A stretch of 64,000 nt of DNA, from contig NW_003314303.1 of assembly GCF_000143415.4 (NCBI RefSeq), positions 434,460 through 498,459 of the forward strand, read 5' to 3'. The position numbers and the translations under genes were made by a program. A model generated the notes under the pieces. The model saw only the letters and a list, made by a program, of their open reading frames with translations. It did not search any database and had not been told where the DNA came from. This document shows positions 1 to 14,100 of the stretch, piece after piece (the stretch's first letter is position 1; each line of letters starts with the position of its first letter). Source of the stretch: Selaginella moellendorffii (taxonomy: Eukaryota; Plantae; Lycopodiophyta).

Positions 1-2199
1 TAGAGTCCATGATGATCGCATCCCATGAAATCACGCCACTGTCAGAAAAGAGCTCCGTGAAACTTGGTAAATTTACGAGCTTCCTCCAATGTTTGCATAC
101 GCTCCTCACCTTGATAACGCCTGAAATAGGAAGCCTTAGAAAGATGGCTTCCAGAACCTCTTCTGGCAGGCACAAGATCCTCTTCATTATTGAATGGTAC
201 CCTAACAATCTTTACTTCGTCTTTATATATAACCAAGATTACCTTTTCGTAAACCATGGTTATCATCAAAATAAGATCCGAATATTCACACATAAAATCC
301 GGTTGGACTATTCAAAGGATAGAGTGGGGTTATAAATCTTTGCACTCCTAGATGCAGTTGTGTTGATTGAGGGGTGTTTAAGAAGTGAGGAGATCTCCAG
401 CTGAAAGTAACAAGCATTAAAAAAGTTGTAACAAAATGAAACTAAATCTTACCATTCTTGATATTTACACAACTGTCAATCTCCAACTGTTTGTAACTGC
501 CCTCACATGTCGTTTTATATATATATTCCGTTTTCAGAATTCTTGTGTATGAATTGCTGAGCTTGCATCGGTCAGGAAAGGCAGGGATTTGCATTGGACT
601 GGAAGACAGCAATCTAAACAAAACACGCAAGCATGCGCACAAACAGTGTTGTGGGGGCGGCAAACGCAAATCAATCGATTCAATGAAAACCCTTCAAGCA
701 TCATCCGGTCTTTAATAATTCATTCCAATGTGACAAATCCCGCGAAGATGTACACATCGCTCCACATATTCTAGCCTAAACGCACTTATGCTCTTGATTC
801 TATCTGTCCGTGGAACGTGGGAAACTTCAGTGTGTGTTTGGATGGAACTCCCTGGCGCTTTGCAAATTGCCAGAAAGGCTGCCAATACAAATAAAAAAGT
901 AGGATGTTGATAGAGTGAAAATGAGTGCTGCCATGCAATGCAATGCTCATGACAACCTTGTGTGTTAGCGATTATTATTCCCTTGCCTTCCATTCTTCCC
1001 AAATCACAATTCTTTTCAATCTCGCAAAATCTCTCAATCCATTCTTTCCATCCCCCAAGTTGGTACAAAAGCAAAGATTCCCCCCTTTCCATTCTCTCCT
1101 TTATTTTTTGTTGCTTGTCACCGACTGTGTGACAATAGTATGAAGAGATATCGAAAAAATAGCTTGGGGATTGGTCCCGTGGACCCATGGGCGGTGCCGG
1201 CGGCCCCACCAACACGGTCCTCCCTGTCAGCATTGCTGACGTGTGACGGGGTCGACTGTTTCCTTTCGTCTCAGGCGCTTTCCAGTTGGGGCATATAGTT
1301 GTGCCCATCAACCTTTTCTTTAAATCAAAAGCGCGATTTCATACTAGAAAATAATTTCATGGTTTCTAAAGTGATAGTTTGCGATTCCATGGGCTGGAAA
1401 TGCAAAGATTCCACATGGTTTTAGAGGTTTTTGTAGAGATGAGGTGGATTAGGTTAGCAGACATTTTGGGTGCGAGCCTTCACATGGGGCCCTCGTGGCA
1501 ATTCCAACACGAATTCTAGTGGCCTTTCTTTTTTCTGAAAATGAGTATTATGCGCTATACAGTGACGGAATATTCGTTGTACTGGATACGATATATATAT
1601 ACGCCTTGCTTGAGGAGAGCTGGAGGTTTCTCTCAGTTTTTTTCATTGATCCATTGAGCGCGCTCGCGAGAGAGAAAAGGCGAGGAAGAAATCGATTAGG
1701 TTCTTCGGTGGCGAGAGAGATCCGGTAGCTCTCGCTTTGGATCGTTGGTCAAAGTTGTGAAGTGGTCGAAGGGAGTTTATGTGCATTCTTCCTGTTGGTT
1801 TTGGTCCGTCTGTGTGGTGGAGTGTATCGTCTGTGCTCTGCATTTTTTAGGAGCCAGGTCTATCTTGATCCACCGCTGGAAATTCTTTGATCCGCGATTG
1901 CGCTGCCTCGAGGCATCGCTCGCGCCAGTTTTGCTTTTTGCATATATCTTTCTTTCCCTCCTGGGATTGTTTGACAGACCCCGGGGTTTTGCGTTTCGAT
2001 TTTGTGCATAGTCGCGTCGAGAGGGATAAAGCTTCCAAGAAAATCGAAAAAAGAAAACATTTCGCCTGCGTGAGATTGATAGTGAGTCTGAGATCGATTT
2101 CGATCGAATCGATCCAAGTCCAGTATTCTAGTGTGCATAAACTCGCTCGTCCCAATCCCAATTTTGCTGTGTTGTATATTTTGCTTTGTTCTTAACATC

Positions 2200-5100
2200 A
2201 TGGGGAAGTGTTCTAGCAAAGAACGTGTTGGAAAAGCAATGGTCTCCAAGATCAATGCCGTCCAGAAATCTTCGGGGGCTTCGAGCTCGAATGACAACAA
2301 CAACAACAACAACAAATCCAACACAAAGCCACAGGTATGGATCATTCGGAAAACTTCTCCTTTCTCTCATTCCTTGTGTATCTCCAGTCCATTCCAAGCT
2401 CGAGTGGTAGCACCAGGGTCCAGGTACGATCAAGCCTTAAAAGACAATTTGGTGGATTCATAAAACATACTTCCAGGACAACAATTCTCCCAAGAATGTT
2501 GGGGTGGTGGTGCCACCAATCTCCATCCCTGCCCCTCCCGCCCCGGCTGTAGGCTCAAATATCCAACGAGGAGGCCCCGGCTCGGTGTCAGACAGATTCC
2601 ACGATGCACAAGAAGAACTCCCGGACTTCCCCACGCTCGACGCCCAAGGCAACGTCCCACCCGAGGAGCACCCAACTCCAAAGATGGGCTCCTCTTACAA
2701 GCAGCCATCCTCGTCGTCCCCAGCGTCGTCTCCCCAGGAAGTGAAAAAGATCCATTCCTACGCATACGTGGTGGCCCAAGCGCCACCATCCGCAAGTAAG
2801 TTGAGCTCGAGTTCTTCGTTTCCAGGTAAGTCGTCTAACCTCGAGGTCCTTAGCAGTAGTAATAGTAGCGCTGGTAGTTTCGGTAGAAGCCAGAGCCTTG
2901 AGACGTCTAGTAGAGCTAGCGAGACAACGTTTTCTCACACAACCACCAGAACACCATCGAAAACTCCAGAAACCGTCGTGAAGCCCGAGTTAGTTTCGAC
3001 TCAAACACCAAGTGCTAAGCCCGATCCTTACAAATCCGACTCGAAATATGCCAAGCCTGCTTCTACAACCAAGCTAGCTCCTGAATCAAAAACCAAAAGT
3101 GTTGAGACCATGAAGCCTGCCCCGGACACCAAAGGTAAGCCCATTAGTATCAAAGGTAACAAGCCGCCTCCTCCGGTTCAAGAGAAGGCCTCACCGAAAG
3201 CCAAGTCTCCGCCTAAGGCCAAGGCTTCCCCGACGCCAGTAAGAGTTACAGAGCCTGCGATGCAAAACCGCAAAGAAGAGAAAGCTGCCGGCGTTTCTCG
3301 TCGTGGCTTTGTTCTCGAGGACTGGGAACTTGTCTCCAAAGCCACTGAAACACCGGACGACAAACAAAAGGTGAGTGACATCTTTTTCGAGATCTGCTTA
3401 TATAACTTTGATGAACCAGGCATCAAGAACAGCAAATACAGAGACCACAAAAGCTGGGCCGGATAGGAAAGCAGTGGATAGTCTAGGAAAACCAGGTGGC
3501 GCGATCAGGCCTCAAGCGGGATCTGATGTATCATCAGAAAACCGAGTAGGAAAACAGGCAGCCCCCCCGGAGATTATAAAAGAACAGAAGGCCAGGGAGA
3601 TCCCAGCGATGGAGAAACGTTCATCACATTCTAAAGCAGCAACAGCAAAAAAAGTCAAAGCTACACCGGAAGTGCATGTGACAGCAACTGAGCCGGGAAG
3701 TGATAACTCCATGTCGAGCTTCAGTGGACCGTCTGATTCATCAAAAGTTGGCGAGGAAAAACAGCATGCTCAAAAGCGTGAAGCTGCTCAAGTTGGCGCT
3801 GGAACGAAGAGAAATTCGGGACAGGAGGAGCCAGTAAACATTGCGAAAGAAGTACCAGGTAATGCTACAATCAAGGATGTTACAAGGGATTTTGACAAGA
3901 AAACTCCACAAGGAGCTCAGAACAAACGAGAAGATGATACGCCAAAGCAGGAAGCTAAGATAGATCAGATCGGCATTGGCACATCGGTAACAACTTTAGG
4001 AGAGATACAAGAGAAACCACAAGCAATTGCCGCTCTGCGTAAGGAAGAAAAGGCACCTGTGCCACAGGAAGCGCCAATATCAGCTACAGTGGCAGATGCC
4101 ACATCCAAATCAAATCTTGATGTGCCTACGGACAAAGCGCAGCACCGGGCGATAGCTCCATATGCGATAGTGAAGCGGGAAAATGATGATTCGTGCGTGG
4201 AGGAAAAGCCCGCTGACAAATTTACAATGAAATTGGAAGACAACGTAGAGAAGCCAGCCGTTTCTGAGCATGAGCTCAAGCTACCAGACAATTTTTACGG
4301 TGCTCAGACAATTGCAGCTGCACAGAACGTACAAGTCGCGACTCCAGCAGAAATGCAAGTGCTATTGGACATATATCCTGAGACTGTGCAAAGAAATGAG
4401 GAGCAGACTGCAAGTGACGTTTTCCTGGATCCAAAAGCCCCTGTACCTTTGGAATACTTAGCAGGACTAGTCGAACACGTCATACGTACCACAACAGAGG
4501 ACCATGAAAACGTGACACCGCCCCAAATAAAGAGAAGTGCGCATCCCAACCAAGGAAAGGACAACAGAAAAGAAAGAGACGAAATGGTTTCGGAGGGCCT
4601 GCCCGTTCCCAAAGTCGTACAAGAAACATCGAAGGCCGTCGAGTTACAACAAGCCACGCCTTCAGAAGCCATGCCTGTGGTTAAAAAGAAGGCTGCAAGG
4701 GAGGCAATACCCGAGCCTCCAGCAGCAATACCTCCAACCCCGGAAAACAAGGAAAAAGAGAGCCATGACGCAGCCAAGTTGGCTGTAGAGCATGCTGAGG
4801 CCGAGGAGAGTGATCCCAAGGCGATTGTGAAGGAGGGAGAAAAGGTGGCAGACCAAGAAATTAAGAGGTCCCCGCTGGATTCCACACACGCGACAGATTC
4901 TGTGGTGAAGGAGACAGCAGCTCCTGCCAGTGACGATTTTGCTCAGCGAGTGGCACAGGAGAAGAAAGTCAGGGAGCTACAGATTTCTGAACGTGAGCTC
5001 GAGCTGCCTGTCCCAGTAGTCTCGCAGCACGCACAGCAGCACGTCAAGGAGCAGATACAAGCTGTACTAGAGGATGCAAAGGATGCCAAGGAGGTGGAAC

Positions 5101-8100
5101 AAGCTGAGCCAATAACAGCTCTAGCAGCAATGCCCGTGGCCGACGAGGTCTTGCCCGCAAAAGACAAACCTGAGAAGGCCAAGGTGGCTGTGGACGACCA
5201 GGTGGAGCATTCTGACACCCAGGAGAGTGCTCCAGAGCTGATCGTGGAGGAAGAAAAAGTGGCGGAGAGAGCCGTGCCGGATTCCACGCAGGCGATGGAT
5301 CCCATGGTAGAGGACACACTGGCAGCAGCTGCCAGTCTAGACATTCCCAAACAAGTAGCAGAGGAGGTAATCAATGTCGAGGAGCAAGTTTCTGAACGTG
5401 GGCACCAGCTGCTCGTCCCAGGAGAAAAAGTCCCACAGCCCACAGGCAAGGCTGTTAAGGAGCCACATGCTGTGCCTAAGGCAGTTCCTGAGGCTGCAAA
5501 GGAGGTGGAACTGGCCGAGCCACCTGCAGCTCCAGCAGCAATGCCTGCGGTCGAGAATGTATTTCCCGCACACAACGAAATCAAGGAGGAAGAGAGCATT
5601 GAGACGGCCGACGTGGCTGTGGAAGACAAGGAGGAGAATGCTGACGACAAGGAGAGTGTTCCAGATGCGATCGTAAAGGAGGGAGAAAAGTTGGCAGAGC
5701 CAGATATTGAGAGTCCTGTGCCAGAATACATGCATGCAACGGAACCCGTGCTGGAGACACTGCTAGCAGCCCCATCAAGAGAAGACATTCACGAGCAAGT
5801 GCCAGAGGAGGAAATCAAAGTCAAGGAGCCACAACAAGTTTCCAAACGTGAGATCAAAGAAGATGTCCAGCAGGCTGCGGACGAGGCTTTCCAAAAGACA
5901 GGCGAGCCTGAGGCCGTGCCTGAGAAAGCTGACGAGGCCGCTAAGAAAATGGAACTGGCCGAGCCAGTCGGAGCTCCAGCAGCAACGTCTGCAGTGGATG
6001 ACGTTTTGCCCACACAGGACGAAATCAAGGAGGAAGGGGGCATAGAGCCAGCTGCTGTGCACGACCAGGTGGAGAATGGTCACGCCGGAGAGAGTACTCC
6101 AGACGCGATCGTGGAGGAGGGAGAAAAGTTGATGGAGCCAGGGATCGAGAGTGCTCTGCTGGATTCCATGCATGTGGCAGATCCCGTTATGGAGGACACA
6201 CAGGCAGCAGCTCCTGCTAGTGAACACATTACCAGGCAAGTGGAAGATGAAGAAATCAAAGTCGAGGAGCCACAACAACTTTCCAAACGAAAGCTGAAGC
6301 TGCCCGTCCCAATAGAAGAACTCCCACACACGACGAACGAAACCGTCCAGGAGCCAGAGGCTGTGGCTGAGGTCGTTCCCGGGCCAGAGGCCGTGCCTGC
6401 GACTGCTGAAGAACCTGACCTGGAGGTGGAAACGGCCGAGCCACTCGTAGCTCAAGTACCAACCACCACAGTGGATGCCGTCTTACCCGCACACAAGGAA
6501 ATCGAGGCCGAAGAGAGCATAGAGCCGGCCGAGGGGGCTGTGGATAACCAAGTGGAGAATGTCGAGCCCAGGGAGAGTGCTTCAGTCGCGGTCCTGGAGG
6601 AGGGAGAAAAGTTTGCGGTGCCAGAGATCGAGAGTGGTGCACCGGATTCCATGCATGCGACAGATCCCATGGTGGAGGACACACAGCGAGCATCTCCTTC
6701 CAGTGAAGACATTCACGAGGTCGTGGAAGAGGAGCAAACCAAAGTCGATGTGCCACAGCAAGTTTCCGAACGCGAGGTTGAGCTCCCCATTCCAAGAGAA
6801 GAACTCCCAGAGTCGGCGAAGGAAGCCGTCCAGGAGCCACAGCCTGTGGCTGAGGCCGTTCCCGGGCCAGAGGCCGTGCCTGAGGCTGCTGAGGAACTTG
6901 CCCAGGAGGTGGAACTGGCCGAGCCACTCGTAGCTCAAGTACCAACCACCACAGTGGATGCCGTCTTACCCGCACACGAGGAAATCGAGGCCGAAGAGAG
7001 CATAGAGCCGGCCGAGGGGGCTGTGGATGACCAGGTGGAGAATGTCGAGCCCAGGGAGAGTGCTTCAGTCGCGGTCCTGGAGGAGGGAGAAAATTTGGCG
7101 GTGCCAGAGATCGAGAGTGGTGCACCGGATTCCATGCATGCGACAGATCCCATGGTGGAGGACACACAGAGAGCATCTCCTGCCAGTGAAGACATTCACG
7201 AGGTCGTGGAAGACGAGCAAACCAAAGTCGATGTGCCACAGCAAGTTTCCGAACGCGAGGTTGAGCTTCCCATTCCAGTAGAACAACTCCAAGAGTCGGC
7301 GAAGGAAGCCGTCCAGGAGCCACAGCCTGTGGCTGAGGCCGTTCCCGGGACAGAGGCCGTGCCTGAGGCTGCTGAGGAACTTGCCCAGGAGGTGGAACTG
7401 GCCGAGCCACTCGTAGCTCAAGTACCAACTGCCACAGTGGATGCCGTCTTACCCGCACACGAGGAAATCGAGGCCGAAGAGAGCATAGAGCCGGCCGAGG
7501 TGGCTGTGGATGACCAGGTGGAGAATGTCGAGCCCAGGGAGAGTGCTGCAGTCGCGGTCCTGGAGGAGGGAGAAAAGTTGGCGGTGCCAGAGATCGAGAG
7601 TGGTGCACCAGATTCCATGCATGCGACAGATCCCATGGTGGAGGACACACAGAGAGCATCTCCTGCCAGTGAAGACATTCACAAGGTCGTGGAAGAGGAG
7701 AAAACCAAAGTCGATGTGCCACAGCGAGTTACCGAACGCGAGGTTGAGCTTCCCNNNNNNNNNNNNNNNNNNNNNNNNNNNNNNNNNNNNNNNNNNNNNN
7801 NNNNNNNNNNNNNNNNNNNNNNNNNNNNNNNNNNNNNNNNNNNNNNNNNNNNNNNNNNNNNNNNNNNNNNNNNNNNNNNNNNNNNNNNGCCACTCGTAGC
7901 TCAAGTACCAACCACCACAGTGGATGCCGTCTTACCCGCATTCGAGGAAATCGAGGCCGAAGAGAGCATAGAGCCGGCCGAGGGGGCTGTGGATGACCAG
8001 GTGGAGAATGTCGAGCCCAGGGAGAGTGCTTCAGTCGCGGTCCTGGAGGAGGGAGAAAAGTTGGCGGTGCCAGAGATCGAGAGTGGTGCACCGGATTCCA

Positions 8101-11100
8101 TGCATGCGACAGATCCCATGGTGGAGGACACACAGAGAGCATCTCCTGCCAGTGAAGACATTCACGAGGTCGTGGAAGACGAGCAAACCAAAGTTGATGT
8201 GCCACAGCAAGTTTCCGAACGCGAGGTTGAGCTCCCCATTGCAGTAGAAGAACTCCCAGAGTCGGTGAACGAAGCCGTCCAGGAGCCACAGCCTGTGGCT
8301 GAGGCCGTTCCCGGGACAGAGGCCGTGCCTGAGGCTGCTGAGGAACTTGCCAAGGAGGTGGAACTGGCCGAGCCACTCGTAGCTCAAGTACCAACTGCCA
8401 CAGTGGATGCCGTCTTACCCGCACGCGAGGAAATCAAGGCCGATGAGAGCATAGAGCCGGCCGAGGGGGCTGTGGATGACCAGGAGGAGAATGTCGAGCC
8501 CAGGGAGACTGCTTCAGTCGCGATCCTGGAGGAGGGAGAAACGTTGGCGGTGCCAGAGATCGAGAGTGGTGCACCGGATTCCATGCATGCGACAGATCCC
8601 ATGGTGGAGGACACACAGGGAGCATCTCCTGCCAGTGAAGACATTCACGAGGTCGTGGAAGAGGTGAAAACCAAAGCCGATGTGCCACAGCGATTTTCCG
8701 AACGCGAGGTTGAGCTTCCCATTCCAGTAGAACAACTCCAAGAGTCGGCGAAGGAAGCCGTCCAGGAGCCACAGCCTGTGGCTGAGGCCGTTCCTGGGCC
8801 AGAGGCTGTGCCTGAGGCTGCTGAGGAACCTGCCCAGGAGGTGGAACTGGCCGAGCTACTCGTAGCTCAAGTACCAACCACCACAGTGGATGCCGTCTTA
8901 CCCGCACACGAGGAAATCGAGGCCAAAGAGAGCATAGAGCCGGCCGAGGGGGCTGTGGATGACCAGGTGGAGAATGTCGAGCCCAGGGAGAGTCCTGCAG
9001 TCGCGGTCCTGGAGGAGGGAGAAAAGTTGGCGGTGCCAGAGATCGAGAGTGGTGCACCGGATTCCATGCATGCGACAGATCCCATGGTGGAGGACACACA
9101 GAGAGCATCTCCTGCCAGTGAAGACATTCACGAGGTCGTGGAAGACGAGCAAACCAAAGTCGATGTGCCACAGCATGTTTCTGAACGCGAGGTTGAGCTT
9201 CCCATTCCAGTAGAAGAACTCCCAGAGTCGGTGAACGAAGCCGTCCAGGAGCCACAGCCTGTGGCTGAGGCCGTTCCCGGGACAGAGGCCGTGCCTGAGG
9301 CTGCTGAGGAACTTGCCCAGGAGGTGGAACTGGCCGAGCCACTCGTAGCTCAAGTACCAACTGCCACAGTGGATGCCGTCTTACCCGCACACGAGGAAAT
9401 CGAGGCCGATGAAAGCATAGAGCCGGCCGAGGTGGCTGTGGATGAGCAGGTGGAGAATGTCGAGCCCAGCGAGACTGCTTCAGTCGCGATCCTGGAGGAG
9501 GGAGAAAAGTTGGCAGTGCAAAAGATCGAGAGTGGTGCACCGGATTCCATGCATGCGACAAATCCCATGGTGGAGGACACACAGGGAGCATCTCCTGCCA
9601 GTGAAGACATTCACGAGGTCGTGGAAGACGAGCAAACCAAAGTCGATGTGCCACAGCATGTTTCTGAACGCGAGGTTGAGCTTCCCATTCCAGTAGAAGA
9701 ACTCCCAAAGTCGGCAAAGGAAGCCGTCCAGGAGCCACAGCCTGTGGCTGAGGCCGTTCCTGGGACAGAGGCCGTGCCTGAGGCTGCTGAGGAACTTGCC
9801 CAGGAGATGGAACTGGCCGAGCCACTCGTATCTCAAGTACCAACCACCACGGTGGATGCTGTCTTACCCGCACACGAGGAAATCGAGGCCGAAGAGAGCA
9901 TAGAGCCGGCCGAGGGGGCTGTGGATGACCAGGTGGAGAATGTCGAGCCCAGGGAGAGTGCTTCAGTCGCGGTCCTGGAGGAGGGAGAAAAGTTGGCGGT
10001 GCCAGAGATCGAGAGTGGTGCACCGGATTCCATGCATGCGACAGATCCCATGGTGGAGGACACACAGAGAGCATCTCCTGCAAGTGAAGACATTCACGAG
10101 GTCGTGGAAGACGAGCAAACCAAAGTCGATGTGCCACAGCAAGTTTCCGAACGCGAGGTTGAGCTTCCCATTCCAGTAGAACAACTCCAAGAGTCGGCGA
10201 AGGAAGCCGTCCAGGAGCCACAGCCTGTGGCTGAGGCCGTTCCCGGGACAGAGGCCGTGCCTGAGGCTGCTGAGGAACTTGCCCAGGAGGTGGAACTGGC
10301 CGAGCCACTCGTAGCTCAAGTACCAACTGCCACAGTGGATGCCGTCTTACCCGCACACGAGGAAATCGAGGCCGAAGAGAGCATAGAGCCGGCCGAGGTG
10401 GCTGTGGATGACCAGGTGGAGAATGTCGAGCCCAGGGAGAGTGCTGCAGTCGCGGTTCTGGAGGAGGGAGAAAAGTTGGCGGTGCCAGAGATCGAGAGTG
10501 GTGCACCAGATTCCATGCATGCGACAGATCCCATGGTGGAGGACACACAGAGAGCATCTCCTGCCAGTGAAGACATTCACGAGGTCGTGGAAGACGAGCA
10601 AAGCAAAGTTGATGTGCCACAGCAAGTTTCCGAACGCGAGGTTGAGCTTCCCATTCCAGTAGAACAACTCCAAGAGTCGGCGAAGGAAGCCGTCCAGGAG
10701 CCACAGCCTGTGGCTGAGGCCGTTCCCGGGACAGAGGCCGTGCCTGAGGCTGCTGAGGAACTTGCCCAGGAGGTGGAACTGGCCGAGCCACTCGTAGCTC
10801 AAGTACCAACTGCCACAGTGGATGCCGTCTTACCCGCACACGAGGAAATCGAGGCCGAAGAGAGCATAGAGCCGGCCGAGGGGGCTGTGGATGACCAGGT
10901 GGTGAATGTCGAGCCCAGGGAGAGTGCTGCAGTCGCGGTCCTGGAGGAGGGAGAAAAGTTGGCGGTGCCAGAGATCGAGAGTGGTGCACCGGATTCCATG
11001 CATGCGACAGATCCCATGGTGGAGGACACACAGAGAGCATCTCCTGCCAGTGAAGACATTCACAAGGTCGTGGAAGAGGAGAAAACCAAAGTCGATGTGC

Positions 11101-14100
11101 CACAGCGAGTTACCGAACGCGAGGTTGAGCTTCCCATTCCAGTAGAACAACTCCAAGAGTCGGCGAAGGAAGCCGTCCAGGAGCCACAGCCTGTGGCTGA
11201 GGCCGTTCCCGGGACAGAGGCCGTGCCTGAGGCTGCTGAGGAACCTGCCCAGGAGGTGGAACTGGCCGAGCCACTCGTAGCTCAAGTACCAACCACCACA
11301 GTGGATGCCGTCTTACCCGCACACGAGGAAATCGAGGCCAAAGAGAGCATTGAGCCGGCCGAGGGGGCTGTGGATGACCAGGTGGAGAATGTCGAGCCCA
11401 GGGAGAGTGCTTCAGTCGCGGTCCTGGAGGAGGGAGAAAAGTTGGCGGTGCCAGAGATCGAGAGTGGTGAACCGGATTCCATGCATGCGACAGATCCCAT
11501 GCTGGAGGACACACAGAGAGCATCTCCTGCCAGTGAAGACATTCACGAGGTCGTGGAAGACGAGCAAAGCAAAGTTGATGTGCCACAGCAAGTTTCCGAA
11601 CGCGAGGTTGAGCTTCCCATTCCAGTAGAAGAACTCCCAGAGTCGGCGAAGGAAGCCGTCCAGGAGCCACAGCCTGTGGCTGAGGCCGTTCCCGGGACAG
11701 AGGCCGTGCCTGAGGCTGCTGAGGAACTTGCCCAGGTGGTGGAACTGGCCGAGCCACTCGTAGCTCAAGTACCAACCACCACAGTGGATGCCGTCTTACC
11801 CGCACACGAGGAAATCGAGGCCGAAGAGAGCATAGAGCCGGCCGAGGGGGCTGTGGATGACCAGGTGGAGAATGTCGAGCCCAGGGAGAGTGCTTCAGTC
11901 GCGGTCCTGGAGGAGGGAGAAAAGTTGGCGGTGCCAGAGATCGAGAGTGGTGCACTGGATTCCATGCATGCGACAGATCCCATGGTGGAGGACACACAGG
12001 GAGCATCTCCTGCCAGTGAAGACATTCACGAGGTCGTGGAAGACGAGCAAACCAAAGTCGATGTGCCACAGCAAGTTTCCGAACGCAAGGTTGAGCTCCC
12101 CATTCCAGTAGAAGAACTCCCAGAGTCGGCAAAGGAAGCCGTACAGGAGCCACAGCCTGTGGTTGAGGCCGTTCCCGGGACAGAGGCCGTGCCTGAGGCT
12201 GCTGAGGAACTTGCCCAGGTGGTGGAACTGGCCGAGCCACTCGTAGCTCAAGTACCAACCACCACAGTGGATGCCGTCTTACCCGCACACGAGGAAATCG
12301 AGGCCGAAGAGAGCATAGAGCCGGCCGAGGGGGCGGTGGATGACCAGGTGGAGAATGTCGAGCCCAGGGAGAGTGCTTCAGTCGCGGTCCTGGAGGAGGG
12401 AGAAAAGTGGGCGGTGCCAGAGATCGAGAGTGGTGCACTGGATTCCATGCATGCGACAGATCCCATGGTTGAGGACACACAGAGAGCATCTCCTGCCAGT
12501 GAAGACATTCACGAGGTCGTGGAAGACGAGCAAAGCAAAGTCGATGTGCCACAGCATGTTTCTGAACGCGAGGTTGAGCTTCCCATTCCTGTAGAAGAAC
12601 TCCCAGAGTCGGTGAACGAAGCCGTCCAGGAGCCACAGCCTGTGGCTGAGGCCGTTCCCGAGACAGAGGCCGTGCCTGAGGCTGCTGAGGAACTTGCCCA
12701 GGAGGTGGAACTGGCCGAGCCACTCGTAGCTCAAGTGCCAACTGCCACAGTGGATGCCGTCCTACCCGCACACGAGGAAATCGAGGCCGATGAAAGCATA
12801 GAGCCGGCCGAGGGGGCTGTGGATGACCAGGTGGAGAATGTCGAGCCCAGGGAGAGTGCTTCAGTCGCGGTCCTGGAGGAGGGAGAAAAGTTGGCGGTGC
12901 CAGAGATCGAGAGTGGTGCACCGGATTCCATGCATGCGACAGATCCCATGGTGGAGGACACACAGAGAGCATCTCCTGCCAGTGAAGACATTCACGAGCT
13001 TGTGGAAGACGAGCAAAGCAAAGTTGATGTGCCACAGCAAGTTTCCGAACGCGAGGTGGAGCTTCCCATTCCAGTAGAAGAACTCCCAGAGTCGGCAAAC
13101 GAAGTCGTCCAGGAGCCACAGCCTGTGGTTGAGGCCGTTCCCGGGACAGAGGCCGTGCCTGAGGCTGCTGAGGAACCTGCCCAGGAGGTGGAACTGGCCG
13201 AGCCACTCGTAGCTCAAGTACCAACCGCCACAGTGGATGCCGTCTTGCCCGCACACGAGGAAATCGAGGCCGAAGAGAGCATAGAGCCGGCCGAGGTGGC
13301 TGTGGATGACCAGGTGGAGAATGTCGAGCCCAGGGAGAGTGCTTCAGTCGCGATCCTGGAGAAGGGAGAAAAGTTGGCGGTGCCAGAGATCGACAGTGGT
13401 GCACCGGATTCCATTTCTGCGACAGATCCCATGGTGGAGGACACACAGGGAGCATGTCCTGCCAGTGAAGACATTCACGAGCTTGTGGAAGAGGAGCAAA
13501 TCAAATTCGATGTGCCACAGCAAGTTTCCGAACGCGAGGTCGAGCTTCCCATTCCAGTAGAAGAACTCGCAGAGTCGGCAAACGAAGTCGTCCAGGAGCC
13601 ACAGCCTGTGGCTGAGGCCGTTCCTGGGCCAGAGGCCGTGCCTGAGGCTGCTGAAGAACCTGCCCAGGAGGTGGAACTGGCCGAGCCACTCGTAGCTCAA
13701 GTACCAACCGCCACAGTGGATGCTGTCTTACCAGCACACAAGGAAATCGAGGCCGAAGAGAGCATAAAGCCGGCCGAGGTGGCTGTGGATGACCAGGTGG
13801 AGAATGTCGAGCCCAGGGAGAGTGCTTCAGTCGCGATCCTGGAGGAGGGAGAAAAGTTGGCGGTGCCAGAGATCGACAGTGGTGCACCGGATTCCATGCC
13901 TGCGACAGATCCCATGGTGGAGGACACACAGGGAGCATGTCCTGCCAGTGAAGACATTCACGAGCTTGTGGAAAAGGAGCAAACCAAAGTCGATGTGCCA
14001 CAGCAANNNNNNNNNNNNNNNNNNNNNNNNNNNNNNNNNNNNNNNNNNNNNNNNNNNNNNNNNNNNNNNNNNNNNNNNNNNNNNNNNNNNNNNNNNNNNN

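Noticed and set aside
1-1500. Short ORFs and possible exon fragments at the window start
   Set aside because: No recognisable motif or consistent splice model; left unannotated.
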